64,000 nt of DNA from Aureliella sp. (GTDB taxonomy: Bacteria > Planctomycetota > Planctomycetia > Pirellulales > Pirellulaceae). The position numbers and the translations under genes are program-made. This document shows, piece by piece, positions 21,394 through 33,000 of this stretch; position 1 is the first letter of the stretch, and every line of letters begins with the position of its first letter. The stretch is taken from NCBI GenBank assembly GCA_963691875.1, contig OY829846.1, positions 2,496,001 to 2,560,000 of the forward strand, given 5' to 3'. The notes beneath the pieces were generated by a model, which was not told the DNA's origin, ran no database searches, and saw only the letters and a program-made list of their open reading frames with translations.

Positions 21394-22575
21394 ATGGAGC
21401 AGTTTTCTCTTTTCTTTAACTCACTGTTTATGGCATTAGCGATGTCGGCACCGTACTTGGTGCTAGGCTATGTCGCTGCTGCACTCATCAAAGAATACGT
21501 ATCTCGCGAGTCACTCGCCCGCCACTTGGGCGACAAGGGCATTCGCCCCATTCTGAATGCAGTCGGAATTGGAGCTTTGCTGCCGATCTGCTCGTGTGGA
21601 GTCATTCCCTTGGGAGTAGGTGTCCATCGCGCGGGCGCGGCACGCGGAACCGCTCTTGCGTTCATGACCAGTTCTCCCGCCATTTCGCCAGTATCGGTCA
21701 TCATGGTTGCGATGATGCTTGGGCCCATGTACTTGGCGACCTACGTAATCGCTGCTCTTTGCGGTTCGTTCCTGATTGGCTGGATCGGTAATCGCATCCT
21801 GCGTGACCAGACTCGACCCGTCAAAAACTTTGATACGATCGTTGAACGCGTCCAAGAGGAAGACGAACATCATGTTGTAGGCATTAAAAAACGCACTCGA
21901 TTCGGCAGAGCGATGCACTGGGCATTTTGGGACCTCGGTGCAGAAATCAGTGTTGACCTGACCATTGGTCTGTCCCTCGCCGCTCTGGTGCTTGCTTTTT
22001 TACCTATCGAATTGACAGAGGCCTATTTGGGCACACGCGAGATCTGGCCACTGCTACTTGTGATCCTGATTAGCATCCCTGTTTACACTTGTTCCGTACC
22101 GACAATACCCATCGTGTGGGCGTTATTCATGCGAGGTGCCATGCCTGGAGCAATGCTCGCCTATATGATCGCTGGCCCAGCAACCAACCTAGGCGAACTC
22201 AACGCGATCCGACGCAACATGGGGCTCCGAACCGCCACGTTCTACGCTACTGGGCTTATTATCGTAGCACTGCTGGGTGGCCTGATTGCAAACCATTTCG
22301 TCTTTGCAACTTACGAGTACAAGGCACAGATGATTGCGGAAAATGAGCTGAAAGTGCAGGATTGCTGCGTTCCAATGATCTTTGGAGATCGTGTGGAGCG
22401 TAATAACTTGGGACGAATCGTAGCTAGTGTTCCAGGCTGGCACTACCCATTCATTGCAGCGTTATTGGTAACGATCAGCGTCGGGCTTTATCAACGCTCT
22501 ACTCTGCGACTGAGCAGCGAAAAGAAACGCGGCCAAGAAGAATCAAACTCATATTCTGAAGAGTCTAAGATATGA
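21394..22575 (+). CDS. DUF318 (ArsP/YcgR/SO_0444-like) putative metal permease
   Basis: Multiple hydrophobic segments, LPICSCGVIP, PVYTCSVPTIP, AGPATN, loop EEDEHH, C-terminal QDCC. Confidence 0.85.
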   Translation: MEQFSLFFNSLFMALAMSAPYLVLGYVAAALIKEYVSRESLARHLGDKGIRPILNAVGIGALLPICSCGVIPLGVGVHRAGAARGTALAFMTSSPAISPVSVIMVAMMLGPMYLATYVIAALCGSFLIGWIGNRILRDQTRPVKNFDTIVERVQEEDEHHVVGIKKRTRFGRAMHWAFWDLGAEISVDLTIGLSLAALVLAFLPIELTEAYLGTREIWPLLLVILISIPVYTCSVPTIPIVWALFMRGAMPGAMLAYMIAGPATNLGELNAIRRNMGLRTATFYATGLIIVALLGGLIANHFVFATYEYKAQMIAENELKVQDCCVPMIFGDRVERNNLGRIVASVPGWHYPFIAALLVTISVGLYQRSTLRLSSEKKRGQEESNSYSEESKI

Positions 22576-23240
22576 AAAGCCAAACTGTCGCTCTGGGAAT
22601 TATGGTGGCTGGCGTTGTCGTAACCTGGAATGCTTGGCTCTTTGTCAAATGGACTCGCGGGAAAGGCGTAGAGAACGGCTGGCAAGGACTAACTAGTAGC
22701 GTTGGCAACGCAGTTCCGGAGCACAAGCTCTGGCGCGACATCAAGAAGACTACGGTCGAAGAAACTGCCAATGGTGGCTTCGAACCGCAGTTTGACGACG
22801 CAGTCAAAGCAGTGGAGGGCACCCGCGTCGAATTGCCTGGCGTTGGCTTTTTGCTCAAATCTGGAATACGTCCAAACGAGAACGGCGAGGGAGAGGTGAC
22901 TGAGTTTCTGTTGCTGCCGGGTGATGGCGGCGTGGCTTGGTGTTGCGGCTTATCGGCCACTCCATTTGCCGAGATCAGTGTGCTGGTTCAGTGCCCGAAC
23001 GATACATTCTTAGAATCCGAGGCGGATGCGAAGAGTCTCACCGTTTTCGTGAATGCGAAGGGAACTCTAAGGTTGATGAAAGAAACCAAGTACAACGCCT
23101 TCTACACGCTGGAAAACTCCGAAATCGAGTTTATCAACGTGAAGGAAATCATGCCAGCGGATGTGATGAATGCCTGTCTCAACCAACCTATGAGCTTCGG
23201 ACCAGCCGTAGCCCCACCGGGAGAAACCCAACAGAAGTAG
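22572..23240 (+). CDS. Membrane-anchored Cys-rich partner protein (DUF3299/DUF1980-like)
   Basis: ATGA overlap with the permease; N-terminal TM helix; VEGTRVELPG-GF, TEFLLLP, WCCG, GTLRL, FYTLE. Confidence 0.6.
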   Translation: MKSQTVALGIMVAGVVVTWNAWLFVKWTRGKGVENGWQGLTSSVGNAVPEHKLWRDIKKTTVEETANGGFEPQFDDAVKAVEGTRVELPGVGFLLKSGIRPNENGEGEVTEFLLLPGDGGVAWCCGLSATPFAEISVLVQCPNDTFLESEADAKSLTVFVNAKGTLRLMKETKYNAFYTLENSEIEFINVKEIMPADVMNACLNQPMSFGPAVAPPGETQQK

Positions 23241-23294
23241 CTGATCGCGTACCAACGGCATTGCAGTCCTGTATGCTGTCGGAGCACTCAAGGA

Positions 23295-24311
23295 CTAACG
23301 ATGAGTAGACACAGGCTGGAGTCTAAACGTGACGACCTTCCCATCTTGTTGGTCAACGGCGAGTCTGCCACCCTTGCTCCATCGCACGCGACTCGCGGGC
23401 AAGCCCAGCAGGACACCGCCAATGACATTAGTATGTCGAATGGGTTCCCAAATCAGAAGGAATCCATCCGCATCGGCGGATGCTAATAGCTCTCCTTCCG
23501 CCTCAAATATCAGCTGCGTTATATTGTTCTAATGAGCCTTGTACTGCCGAGGCTTTCTTCCGGCTGGTCCATCGCAGCTACAGTCACACAGGAGGAAAGT
23601 AGGGCCGCTAACGGTTGCAAGCCAACGTCCGCTGACGTCCCTACTTAACTCATATACCTTGGTGGTGAAGCCACGCATTTGGGCGGATTTCCCAAAGGCT
23701 AAGAACCAAAAATGCACCGAAGCATCTTGCTCTCCCGTTGCTATGTACTCGGAGTCAGGGCTCCACGCGAGCGCTAAGCTTGAGCCCTCCCAGCGGTATT
23801 GACGGGGCTGGGCTGTTGCCTCAGCAAGGTGCTCTGTTAGCCCGTGGTTTGCGACCGCATCGATGCCTGGTTCCAGCCTAAGTCAGAAATCGTGCTGTCG
23901 TGATCTGAAGATTCATAGATCGTCTCTCGCCTATCGCTCCGAAGCTTGAGATGCGGCCCCGCAGCTGTGGCAAGCACTTGCTTCCTTGGGCTATAAGCTA
24001 CCTTGGACACCCAGGACGAACCCGCGTCGAGCGAACGGAGCAGCTTGCCTGAATCGCGGTCCCAGATCTTCACCACGCCTTCGCGCCCCGCCGTCGCCAC
24101 CTCGGCTCCGTCGCAACGCCATGATAATCAGTTCGTGCGCCTGAATGCTGGCCAATCCGTGAGCAGTTGATCTTGTTCCCGGGGTCCTTGAGCAGGAACA
24201 CCGCGCCTTCGACCGTTGCTACCGTCAGCTAGGAACGATCTCGTGACGATGCATTATATATTCGTCCAGCCCAACGTTCCATGACTCGACGAGGAGCTGG
24301 CTCTGCAGCAT
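23295..24311 (-). pseudogene. WD40-repeat protein, heavily degraded
   Basis: ATG 24311 just after the COG0523 stop; fragments ATAGREGVVKIWD, WVSKVAYSP, HDSTISDLGW, LSRDVSGRWLAT, CDCSCDGPAGRKP, LAVDQQDGKVVTF in different frames with internal stops. Confidence 0.8.
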
Positions 24312-24319
24312 CGAAGCGT

Positions 24320-25290
24320 CTATATCAAACATGCTTTGAACCCAGAAGTCAGCGTTTTTCGATCGAGATCACGTCCGATAAAGATCATCGAGTTAATTCG
24401 CTCGGATTCGCGCCAAGGGCGGTCCAATCGACTGTCAAACATCATGTGGACTCCTTGGAAGACGTAACGTTTTTGCTCGCCGCTCAGCGACAAGATGCCT
24501 TTCATGCGAAAGATATTGTGCCCCTGTTCGGCCAGCAACTCATCCAGCCAGTCATGAAGCTTTTCTGAATGCACATCACCAGCAGTCCCAATGCCAACAG
24601 AAGAGATTCTCGGGTCATGCGGATGGTCAGTACGGTAGGATTGCGTAAAGTTGGGATCGTCTTCGAGTGCACGACCCAAGTCAAAACCGCCGACGCTCAG
24701 CACCTTGTCTATATCCAACTCTGCCTCTTGCGTACGAAATGTCTTCGCAGCTGCGTTAATCGCGCAAACTCGGCCTCCAGATGATCCAGTTCCGCCTCAG
24801 TGACCAGATTCATCTTGTTTAGCAGTACCACATTGGCAAATGCAACTTGCTCTTCGATATCGCCTCCGTCGTCAATGTGCAATAGTACATGCTTGGCATC
24901 TACTAGGGTGACCACGCCATCTAGGTGATAGTTCTCGCGGATCTCGTCATCCATGAAGAAAGTCTGGGCGACCGGACCGGGATCTGCCATCCCCGTGGTT
25001 TCGATGACAAGATGATCAAACTTGTCCCGGCGTTTCATCAAGTTGCCGAGAACCCTGAGCAAGTCTCCACGGATGTTGCAGCAGATGCAACCATTATTCA
25101 TTTCGAAGATTTCTTTTTCAGATGCAATTACCAGATCGATATCGACACCGATTTCACCAAACTCATTTTCGATAACGGCGATTCGCTTTCCATGGTTCGC
25201 TGTCAGAATACGATTGAGCAGTGTGGTTTTGCCTGACCACAGGAAACCAGTCAGTACGGTTGCTGGGACCGTAGAATTCTCCGCCGACAT
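24320..25290 (-). pseudogene. COG0523/CobW-family metal-chaperone GTPase with a frameshift and a P-loop Gly->Trp change
   Basis: TGFLWSGKTT (TGG at 25237-25239), ENEFGE, NGCICC, ETTG; 1-bp deletion near 24770 (GCC-GA-GTT); CobW_C motifs FRMKGIL, FQGVH, IFIGRDLD in the next frame. Confidence 0.9.
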
Positions 25291-25400
25291 TCAAACATAT
25301 CTCCGCTAAGATGAATTCACCAAGTCGTACACGCATCAGAAATCAATTCGAGACCGTCGGTTCAGCACTGCGCGGCTAAGACCCGAAACAGCCCCACGAT

Positions 25401-25432
25401 TGCATTTCTATTGCAGATGCATATACTTTGCA
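25401..25432. promoter_or_regulatory. Tandem TGCA-N7-TGCA boxes in the divergent COG0523/hisI promoter region
   Basis: TGCAtttctatTGCA 25401-25415 and TGCAtatacttTGCA 25418-25432; variant TGCGactgagaTGCA at 25525-25539. Confidence 0.6.
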
Positions 25433-25645
25433 TATGACTTCGTTTGCAGGACAGGGCTGATCATCGGTTTAAACTAGCTGAATTTAGCGCAATCGTTATC
25501 GCGACGTTCTCTCGCTAATACCAATGCGACTGAGATGCAGAATTCTTCCAGCATGAAAACTTGATCAGCCTCTATTCCACAGTGCGGGCGATCATGCCAA
25601 AGGTATTCGGCAGATAAATTCGATCGCAATGAGTTTGGAGACAAG

Positions 25646-26116
25646 ATGCAACAACCCGAATTCGCTGAGCGAAGGTCGATCGAGCAAGTTGAGGAAGGCC
25701 TAGAGCTCGCGGCGAAGTTCGATGAGCATGGACTGATCCCTGTGATCACAACTGACTTCGAGTCGGGGGAGGTGCTCATGCACGGCTATATGAACACAGA
25801 GGCTCTCCGAAAGACGATTGAGCTGGCTGAAGCCTTCTATTGGAGTCGGAGCAGGGAATGTCTCTGGCACAAGGGAGCCACCAGCGGACTTGTGCAAACG
25901 GTGCGCGAGATGCGTATCGATGACGACCAAGACTGCATTTGGTTGCGTGTGGACGTTCAAGGCGGCGCAAGCTGCCACGTTGGGTATCGCTCCTGTTTCT
26001 ACCGCGCGGTACGGATTGGCACTCGGGCAGGGCAGGCGCTAGAGTTCAAGGAAACTGAAAAGGTCTTTGATCCGCAGGCTGTTTACGGGGACGCCCCTAA
26101 TCCGACCAAACTCTGA
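25646..26116 (+). CDS. hisI: Phosphoribosyl-AMP cyclohydrolase, paralog type with DDDQD motif
   Basis: [49 protein letters not shown]. Confidence 0.95.
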   Translation: MQQPEFAERRSIEQVEEGLELAAKFDEHGLIPVITTDFESGEVLMHGYMNTEALRKTIELAEAFYWSRSRECLWHKGATSGLVQTVREMRIDDDQDCIWLRVDVQGGASCHVGYRSCFYRAVRIGTRAGQALEFKETEKVFDPQAVYGDAPNPTKL

Positions 26117-26496
26117 CCGATGGCTTCTTTTTGTAGCCCTTTTCCTTTCGTTAGTTGATTCTCTGAGTAGGCAGGCGAAAAATAGATGCATTCCATTGTC
26201 AGGACAAAACATACTCTTTAAGGGGCGCTACCTTGATTGCTTTTTCTGAAGAATCGCTGGAAACAGAAATTCGGTTGCAACCACTGGTCCTCACCTTCGG
26301 TACGCCAATGACGAATGCTGCATCGGTCAGCTTTTCCGTAAAAAACATAGAAAGCACTTCAGCCTCACAAGGAATTGACGCAGAGACTTGCGCAAAAGCT
26401 GCCAAAGCGCAGCTAGAGCTGGTGATGCTGCAGCGTGCACTCGCTCATTGCGGACTCGTCCGAAACGAATAAAACAACCGGGAGTAGACAACAGAA

Positions 26497-28008
26497 ATGG
26501 ATATTCGATTCTACAACACTCTTACCAACGAAGTGGAGCGTTTTGATCCTGTTACACCGGGGCAGGTCAAGATTTACAGCTGCGGGCCAACCGTATACGA
26601 CTTCGCCCATGTTGGAAACTTCAGATCGTTTCTTTTTGCTGACTTGCTGCGAAGATTCCTTGAGGTAAGTGGTTACGATGTCTCGCATGTGATGAACATT
26701 ACTGATGTCGGCCATATGACTGACGACGCCGCAGCGGACGGTTTAGGCGAAGACAAGATGCAGGTTGCTGCAAGGCGACTCAAAGAAGACAAGAAGAGCG
26801 GTAAAGTCGAAGACGGCGCGGTAGAAAATCCAGACGATCCCTACCAAGTCGCCGATTACTTCATGCGTGCTTTTCTCGAAGACGGACGTGCTCTTGGGTT
26901 GAAAGTGGCTCGTGAATTCCCTGATCGCGTGCCCAAGGCAACGGAGTACATCGACGAAATGCAGAAAATGATTTCCACACTCATCGAGCGCGAACATGCG
27001 TACGTTGGGGACGATGGAGTCGTTTACTACAGCGTTGAGTCCTTTCCGAAGTACGGCCAACTCAGCGGAAATACGCTCGATGCGTTACGCGTCGGTGCTG
27101 GCGGACGCATCGACGAGAGCGATCAGAGTTGCAAGCGTCATCCAGCCGACTTCATGCTCTGGAAGCCCGATCGGAAACACATCATGAAGTGGGACTCTCC
27201 TTGGGGAGCAGGTTACCCAGGATGGCACATCGAATGCTCGACGATGTCGATGCAGGTCCTGAAAACGGAGGTCCTGGACATCCATACTGGGGGCGAGGAT
27301 CTCATCTTTCCTCATCACGAGTGTGAAATCGCTCAGTCTTGTGGGGCTACGGGCAACGATCTGTTCGCAAGATTTTGGATGCATGCGCGTTTCTTGCTGG
27401 TAGAAGGCGAGAAGATGTCCAAACGCAGCGGAAATTTCTTCACTGTTCGAGACATTCTGTCGGGCAAGGCCTCGGGAGCCCCGGTTCACCCAGCCGTATT
27501 GCGACTCGAGCTTATCAAGTCGCACTATCGCGCACATAGCAACTTTACCACAAAGGGGCTCACGGACTCGGCCAACACGGTCCGGCGCATCACCGAGCTT
27601 GGACAACGACTGCGGGATGAGTGTGGTGACGAGCCCGCGGAGATTGACCGCACTGACCACCCGATCGTGAGGGAATTCTTAGAAGCACTCGCAAATGACT
27701 TAAATGTGAGCGAAGCGATGAAGGCTGTTCATGCATTCCTTTCGTCCCCGGGAGAGGATGCTGCCGAAGCCTACGGAGTCCTGCTTGCATTGGACCATGT
27801 GCTTGGAGTCTGGGAGCTGACGTCTGTCGATAGTGCAACCGATGATCGCGAGAGCGATATCGCAGCCAACTTATGCGTGATGATCGATGAAGCCAGGAAG
27901 ACGCGTGACTTCTCAGCTGCCGACAGTCATCGCCAGCGCTTGATCGAGCTGGGATATGAAGTCCGATCCTCCGCCGAAGGAACTTCTGCCACGAAGAAAT
28001 TCGCATAG
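26497..28008 (+). CDS. cysS: Cysteine--tRNA ligase
   Basis: [12 protein letters not shown] (HIGH), [39 protein letters not shown]. Confidence 0.97.
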   Translation: MDIRFYNTLTNEVERFDPVTPGQVKIYSCGPTVYDFAHVGNFRSFLFADLLRRFLEVSGYDVSHVMNITDVGHMTDDAAADGLGEDKMQVAARRLKEDKKSGKVEDGAVENPDDPYQVADYFMRAFLEDGRALGLKVAREFPDRVPKATEYIDEMQKMISTLIEREHAYVGDDGVVYYSVESFPKYGQLSGNTLDALRVGAGGRIDESDQSCKRHPADFMLWKPDRKHIMKWDSPWGAGYPGWHIECSTMSMQVLKTEVLDIHTGGEDLIFPHHECEIAQSCGATGNDLFARFWMHARFLLVEGEKMSKRSGNFFTVRDILSGKASGAPVHPAVLRLELIKSHYRAHSNFTTKGLTDSANTVRRITELGQRLRDECGDEPAEIDRTDHPIVREFLEALANDLNVSEAMKAVHAFLSSPGEDAAEAYGVLLALDHVLGVWELTSVDSATDDRESDIAANLCVMIDEARKTRDFSAADSHRQRLIELGYEVRSSAEGTSATKKFA

Positions 28009-28075
28009 GTTACCCGCTGGTCAACCGTGCATTACCGCACATTTTGCAAACCGCCTAGAAAGGAATTCAGACAAC

Positions 28076-28642
28076 ATGCAGTCTTTCGTAGCACAACCTT
28101 ATCCTGGAACATCTCAGTCTACCTGGGATTCGAAAGCAGTCGCCGAATTTGCCGAGGGGTCGGCGGATATCCTGGTGCTCAGACGCAATGCCCCAGGTGA
28201 TTTTGCGGAGGAAGTTCAAACAGCTCGTATTCACGAATATTTGGCACCCATCACTCGCGAGAAAGCTGGCTTTGAGATCCGTGCTGGTCTTGGCGAGTTG
28301 CGTTTAAAATCTGCTGCTTTGGAGGAGGATCTAACCAAGCTAGTGAACGCTTTCCTCGATCAATTTGAATTGGAAAAGGCCAGGCTTCGGATCGAAATCA
28401 CTCAGACTCAGTCTTGCCCCAAGTTCCACAGCGACCACGTCAATATTCGTCTCGTCACTACCTACCTCGGTCCAACCACCGAATACCAGTTCTCGGGTGA
28501 AAGTAGTGCTTATGTCGCTCCAACCGGTGGTTTGGTGTTCTTGAAAGGAAAAAACCACCCGACGCACGGCGATTCGGTGCACCACCGCTCGCCTGAGGTT
28601 CCCAAAGGGCAAAAGCGATTGTGCGTCGCGATCGACTACTGA
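28076..28642 (+). CDS. DUF1826 domain protein
   Basis: ATG 28076 behind AAAGGA; CPKFHSDHVNIRLVTTYLGPTTEY, FLKG, VHHRSP. Confidence 0.88.
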   Translation: MQSFVAQPYPGTSQSTWDSKAVAEFAEGSADILVLRRNAPGDFAEEVQTARIHEYLAPITREKAGFEIRAGLGELRLKSAALEEDLTKLVNAFLDQFELEKARLRIEITQTQSCPKFHSDHVNIRLVTTYLGPTTEYQFSGESSAYVAPTGGLVFLKGKNHPTHGDSVHHRSPEVPKGQKRLCVAIDY

Positions 28643-28748
28643 AATCCTAGCTCAGTAGGTTTAGCAACCGATTGCGGGATCGATGTTTAGACCAGAAAAT
28701 AGCACGCGGTTCGAAACGTCTGGTCTTTGTCATTTTTTGAGTTGAACG

Positions 28749-30029
28749 ATGGAATCCAAATTGCCGGCGACCGTTTTGTCGGGCTATCTAGGTGCTGGCA
28801 AGACGACACTGCTCAACCACGTATTGTCGAATCAGCAAGGCATGCGAGTTGCCGTGATCGTCAACGACATGAGTGAGTTGAACATTGATTCTGCACTTGT
28901 TCGCTCCCATCCTCAATCGCCCAAGCAGGAAGAAGAATCGCTCGTGGAGCTATCCAATGGCTGCATTTGCTGCACCCTGCGAGACGACTTACTCGAGGAA
29001 GTGACGAAGCTCGCTCTGGACGGACGTTTTGACTATTTGCTCATTGAAGCGACCGGGATTTCTGAACCTATGCCTGTTGCGGAAACGTTTGTTTTTCGGG
29101 ACGAGTACGGTTCGGGACTGAGCAATTTATCGCGGCTAGATGCCATGGTCACGGTCGTGGATGCAGGCGCATTCTTGAAAGACTTCGATTCCTTCGACTC
29201 GCTTGCCCAACGCGGTCAGGAGATGGACGAGACGGATGAACGCATGCTTTCGCAGTTGTTGGCGGAACAAGTCGAGTTTGCCAACGTAGTGGTCGTCAAC
29301 AAGACGGATCTCGTTGGCGAACAGCAGCTTGCAGAAGTTCAAAAACTGTTGAAACATCTGAACCCGGATGCTTTGCAGCTCACAACGGAATATGGCAAAG
29401 TCAACTTGCGTCATATCTTTGACACTCAGGTGTTCGATGAAGAAAAAGCTGCAGCGACGCCCGGCTGGCGTTCCGATTGGAGCACAAAAGTTTCCGAGTC
29501 GGACGAGTACGGATTCAGCAGCTTTGTCTACAACAGCCGCAAGCCGTTTCACCCTCAGCGACTTCAGCAGTTGATTTGGTGCGAGCAGCTAGCAGAGATT
29601 GCCCGCATCAAAGGATTTGTCTGGCTAGCCAGTCGACATGACATGGCGGGATTCTGGTCCCTAGCTGGACACATTCATTCGCTTGTTGCCTTTAGCCCAT
29701 GGTATGTCGTCCTTGATCATGATCACTGGCCTTGGGAGGATCGTCCTATGATTGACCGACTCAAGGGCTTATGGGAGGCACCCTACGGTGATCGACGACA
29801 AGAGATAGTCTTGATCGGCAGAAACATTGATGAGGCCAAGATCCGACATTTGCTCGATGAGGCTCTTGTAACGGAAGACGAATTTCAAGCCGGCCCGACT
29901 GCTTGGGAACACTTCAACGATCCCTTGCCAAGCTGGCAAAACGCAGACGCGGCAATTGAGTACGACGACGAGGCCGAACGCCTCGCACGCGAAGAGGAGC
30001 TGTCAGAGTGGCGAGAGTTTCGCGACTGA
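28749..30029 (+). CDS. COG0523 zinc metallochaperone GTPase (ZigA/YciC type), intact
   Basis: [65 protein letters not shown]. Confidence 0.93.
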   Translation: MESKLPATVLSGYLGAGKTTLLNHVLSNQQGMRVAVIVNDMSELNIDSALVRSHPQSPKQEEESLVELSNGCICCTLRDDLLEEVTKLALDGRFDYLLIEATGISEPMPVAETFVFRDEYGSGLSNLSRLDAMVTVVDAGAFLKDFDSFDSLAQRGQEMDETDERMLSQLLAEQVEFANVVVVNKTDLVGEQQLAEVQKLLKHLNPDALQLTTEYGKVNLRHIFDTQVFDEEKAAATPGWRSDWSTKVSESDEYGFSSFVYNSRKPFHPQRLQQLIWCEQLAEIARIKGFVWLASRHDMAGFWSLAGHIHSLVAFSPWYVVLDHDHWPWEDRPMIDRLKGLWEAPYGDRRQEIVLIGRNIDEAKIRHLLDEALVTEDEFQAGPTAWEHFNDPLPSWQNADAAIEYDDEAERLAREEELSEWREFRD

Positions 30030-30042
30030 GCCAAGGCACCTC

Positions 30043-33000
30043 CTACAGTGCTCGCAGGAACTCGATGATGGCATTCAGATCTTGGGGTTTCAGTTTTGTT
30101 TCAAAACCTTCGGGCATGAGAGAGACGCGTGAATCGGTGAGATTTTCGATTTCGGATCGTTCGATGATCATGTTCTTGCCATTTGCCAGTCCAAGCTTGA
30201 GGCTTAAGTCTGTTTGTTCCAGCACCACACCTGAGAAGACTTGTCCTGACTTGGTCAACACCTTGTACTGCTTGTACTTCCCTTCGACTGTCGCGTTGGG
30301 ATCCAGCACAGCCGATACCCATTGAGCCTTCGACCACTTTTTCAAATTCGAAATGGCTGGGCCAATCGAGGTGCTGAGCTCGTACGATGACCGAAGACCC
30401 CTTTGGTGGCAAACCGCACAGTGTTCCTGAAAAAGCCGTTTTCCTCTTTCGGTGTCACTTGCCTCACCAGCCAGCTGATCGATCTGTTGCAGATAACTTT
30501 CGAGTAACTCTATTCTCTGATTAGGCGTCGGCTTGGCGACGAGCGTTCCTAGACGCTTCATAACATCATAGGCCTCATAGTTCTGCAGTCCGCTAAGCGT
30601 TGAGGTATCGAGGTCGCTGATGGCGATATCACCTTGCTCCAAAGCATCGACGAGTTGCAAGACCCAGCTTCGACGTTGCAGCAACGTTGCACCCGCACTG
30701 GTGCGTTCTGCAGGAACAAGCTCATGCCAAGCGGACAGCAGGACAGAAGCGATTTCATCAGACTCAATTCGGTAGGCCGCAGCAAGCGCGGCTTCGCGAA
30801 TCCTTCCCGGCTGATCTGGTCTTAGCATCACACGCAGATCAGTGAGCTGTTGTGAGACCGGAAGAAGACTGGAGCCAAGCAGCTGGGTGGCACGTAGCCT
30901 GAAGGCGAGCGGAATGGCATTGTCGGTCATTTGCTCTCGAATTTGCACCGCCGCTTGTTCGAGCGACTTACGTTCCGCATCAGGTATGCCAACCCGCGCC
31001 GCGACCAATAACAGCATCCACTGAACCGATGTCAGCTTGCCGTTCAGCTCTGTGAGACTTTTCCCCAGCTCCAAACGCGACTGTTCATCGCACCGACTCC
31101 ATAGCGATTCGATACAACGCTGCAGATTCTGCCACTGCTGCGGGCTGATCGATTCGTGGCTTTCCAGCCAGGACAACAGCGCCCGAATTGCAATAGGAGC
31201 TTTCTTCTCAGACGCGAGTGAGATCGCGTCTTCAGCCCACTTGGTGCCTCCCAGTTCGGAAATCAATCTCGAAAATGGCTCATTCGCAGCGTCAGAAGCT
31301 GAATCTCCGAGTGCCACCAAAAGGGAAAGCTGAACAGCCGGATTTTTAGCAGTTGGCGCACGCGCGAATTCAAGCATAGCTACTTCGGCGTTGTGGCTTC
31401 CCTGTGAAGCGAGACGAAGCGCCCGAGCAACAACTTGGGGTTCAGCATCGTAGAGAATCCTTTGCCAATCCGCCTTGGTTTCGATACCAGCGGCGCGAAG
31501 CAAGCAGAACGCCTGCAGTCGCACCGCTGCATCTTCAGACTCAAGCAGGTGTAAAACCATCTGACGAAGACCTTTTGGCTCACGCCACAGTAGCTGCTGA
31601 CAGGTCAGATCTCGAAGCGTGCCACTGGGACTCCTCAGTGCATCGATTAGATCTGAGGTTTTCTGGGCTTGTAGGTTCATCGAACGCCAATCCCCGGAGC
31701 CTGACTTTGTGACTCGGTAGATGCGTCCAGCGTGTTCTCCAGCACGCAGATTCAATCGATCCTGCCAAGCATCTGGAATCCACTCAGGATGCTCAATCAC
31801 CCTGCGATACATATCTACTATCCAGAGACTGCCATCTGGAGCTTCGACTGCTCGTACGGGACGAGACCAAGTATCGGAAGAACTGATGAAATCGTATTTT
31901 TGGTCCACTTTGAAACGCTTTCCACTGACAAAGGGGCCATCGTTGCTGAGCTTGAATCGGGCAACTAGATTGTGCACCGGTTCACACACCAGAGCCGCAT
32001 CCTGCATTTCATTTCCAAGTCCTGTACCTCTGAGCACAATGCTACTGCAGGCGCTGGTGAAGCGATTCTCGGCGAACATATCGTTAAACCGATCGACCGT
32101 TCGGCTACGAGGATAAATAGGCGGGGCCACTCCCGGCTGGAGGACCAACTGCGTTCTTGGAACTGAGGCATTCCGTGAGAGTATGTCGTACCGCTCAACT
32201 GGGAAGTGAAAAAGTGGCACGCTGTTGTTATTGCCATACCAACGTCCCCAGCGGTCACGCGAGCGCACAAACTGCGTCGAGCCGGGAAGCCTTTGCAGCT
32301 CTCCAGTATCCGGATTCCAACGAAGATCAACGCCACCAACGCCGATTCCCTCTTCGCCTGGCGGACCCAGCTTACTGGAGTAGCCGGACCCAAAATACAC
32401 CATGCCATCCAAGCCCCAGTCAAACCCACTCGCTCTGTGCTGAGGATTTGCGTGCCCAACTCCGGTCAACAGGACTCTTCGTTCGTCGGCTATGCCATCG
32501 CCATTGGTGTCACGGGCGAAAAAGATGTCCGGCGCCGCGATCACAATCGCTCCATCCCGCCAGGGCAATACACTCGTGGGATACTCAAGGCCATCCAGAA
32601 ACAGGTCCGCTGTATCGAGTTGTCCGTCACCGTCAGAATCCGTCAGGCATTTCACTCTTCCTCCATTTTTACCAAGCGGATAATCTCCCATTTCGACAAC
32701 CCACACACTACCGTCAGCCGCAAAGGCAAGATTCACAGGATCAGAGATAAGTGGTTCCATCGCAACCAGTTCTATCTCGAAGCCATCAGGGAGACGCATG
32801 CATGCCATCGACTGTTCCGGCGACTTCTCCAATTCCTCTTGCGTCGAAACATCCAAAATTTCATGAACGCGGCGGACAAGCAGGTCTTCCGTTCCCGCTT
32901 GCCAGCGCCCCGGCTGACTGTAATAGACCATCGAATAGTCGACTTCATAGCCACCAGCCGAGCGCATGTTTTCAGCGGCGATGTAAGCAAAAACATCGTC

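Noticed and set aside
26117..26496. T-box or lost gene upstream of cysS
   Set aside because: No T-box consensus or terminator/antiterminator pair, no identifiable ORF, and only a weak half-match to the TGCA box at 26265-26279.
28689..28726. AGACCAGA/TCTGGTCT hairpin before the intact COG0523 gene as an attenuator
   Set aside because: The 22-nt loop and interrupted U-tract make it too weak to call.
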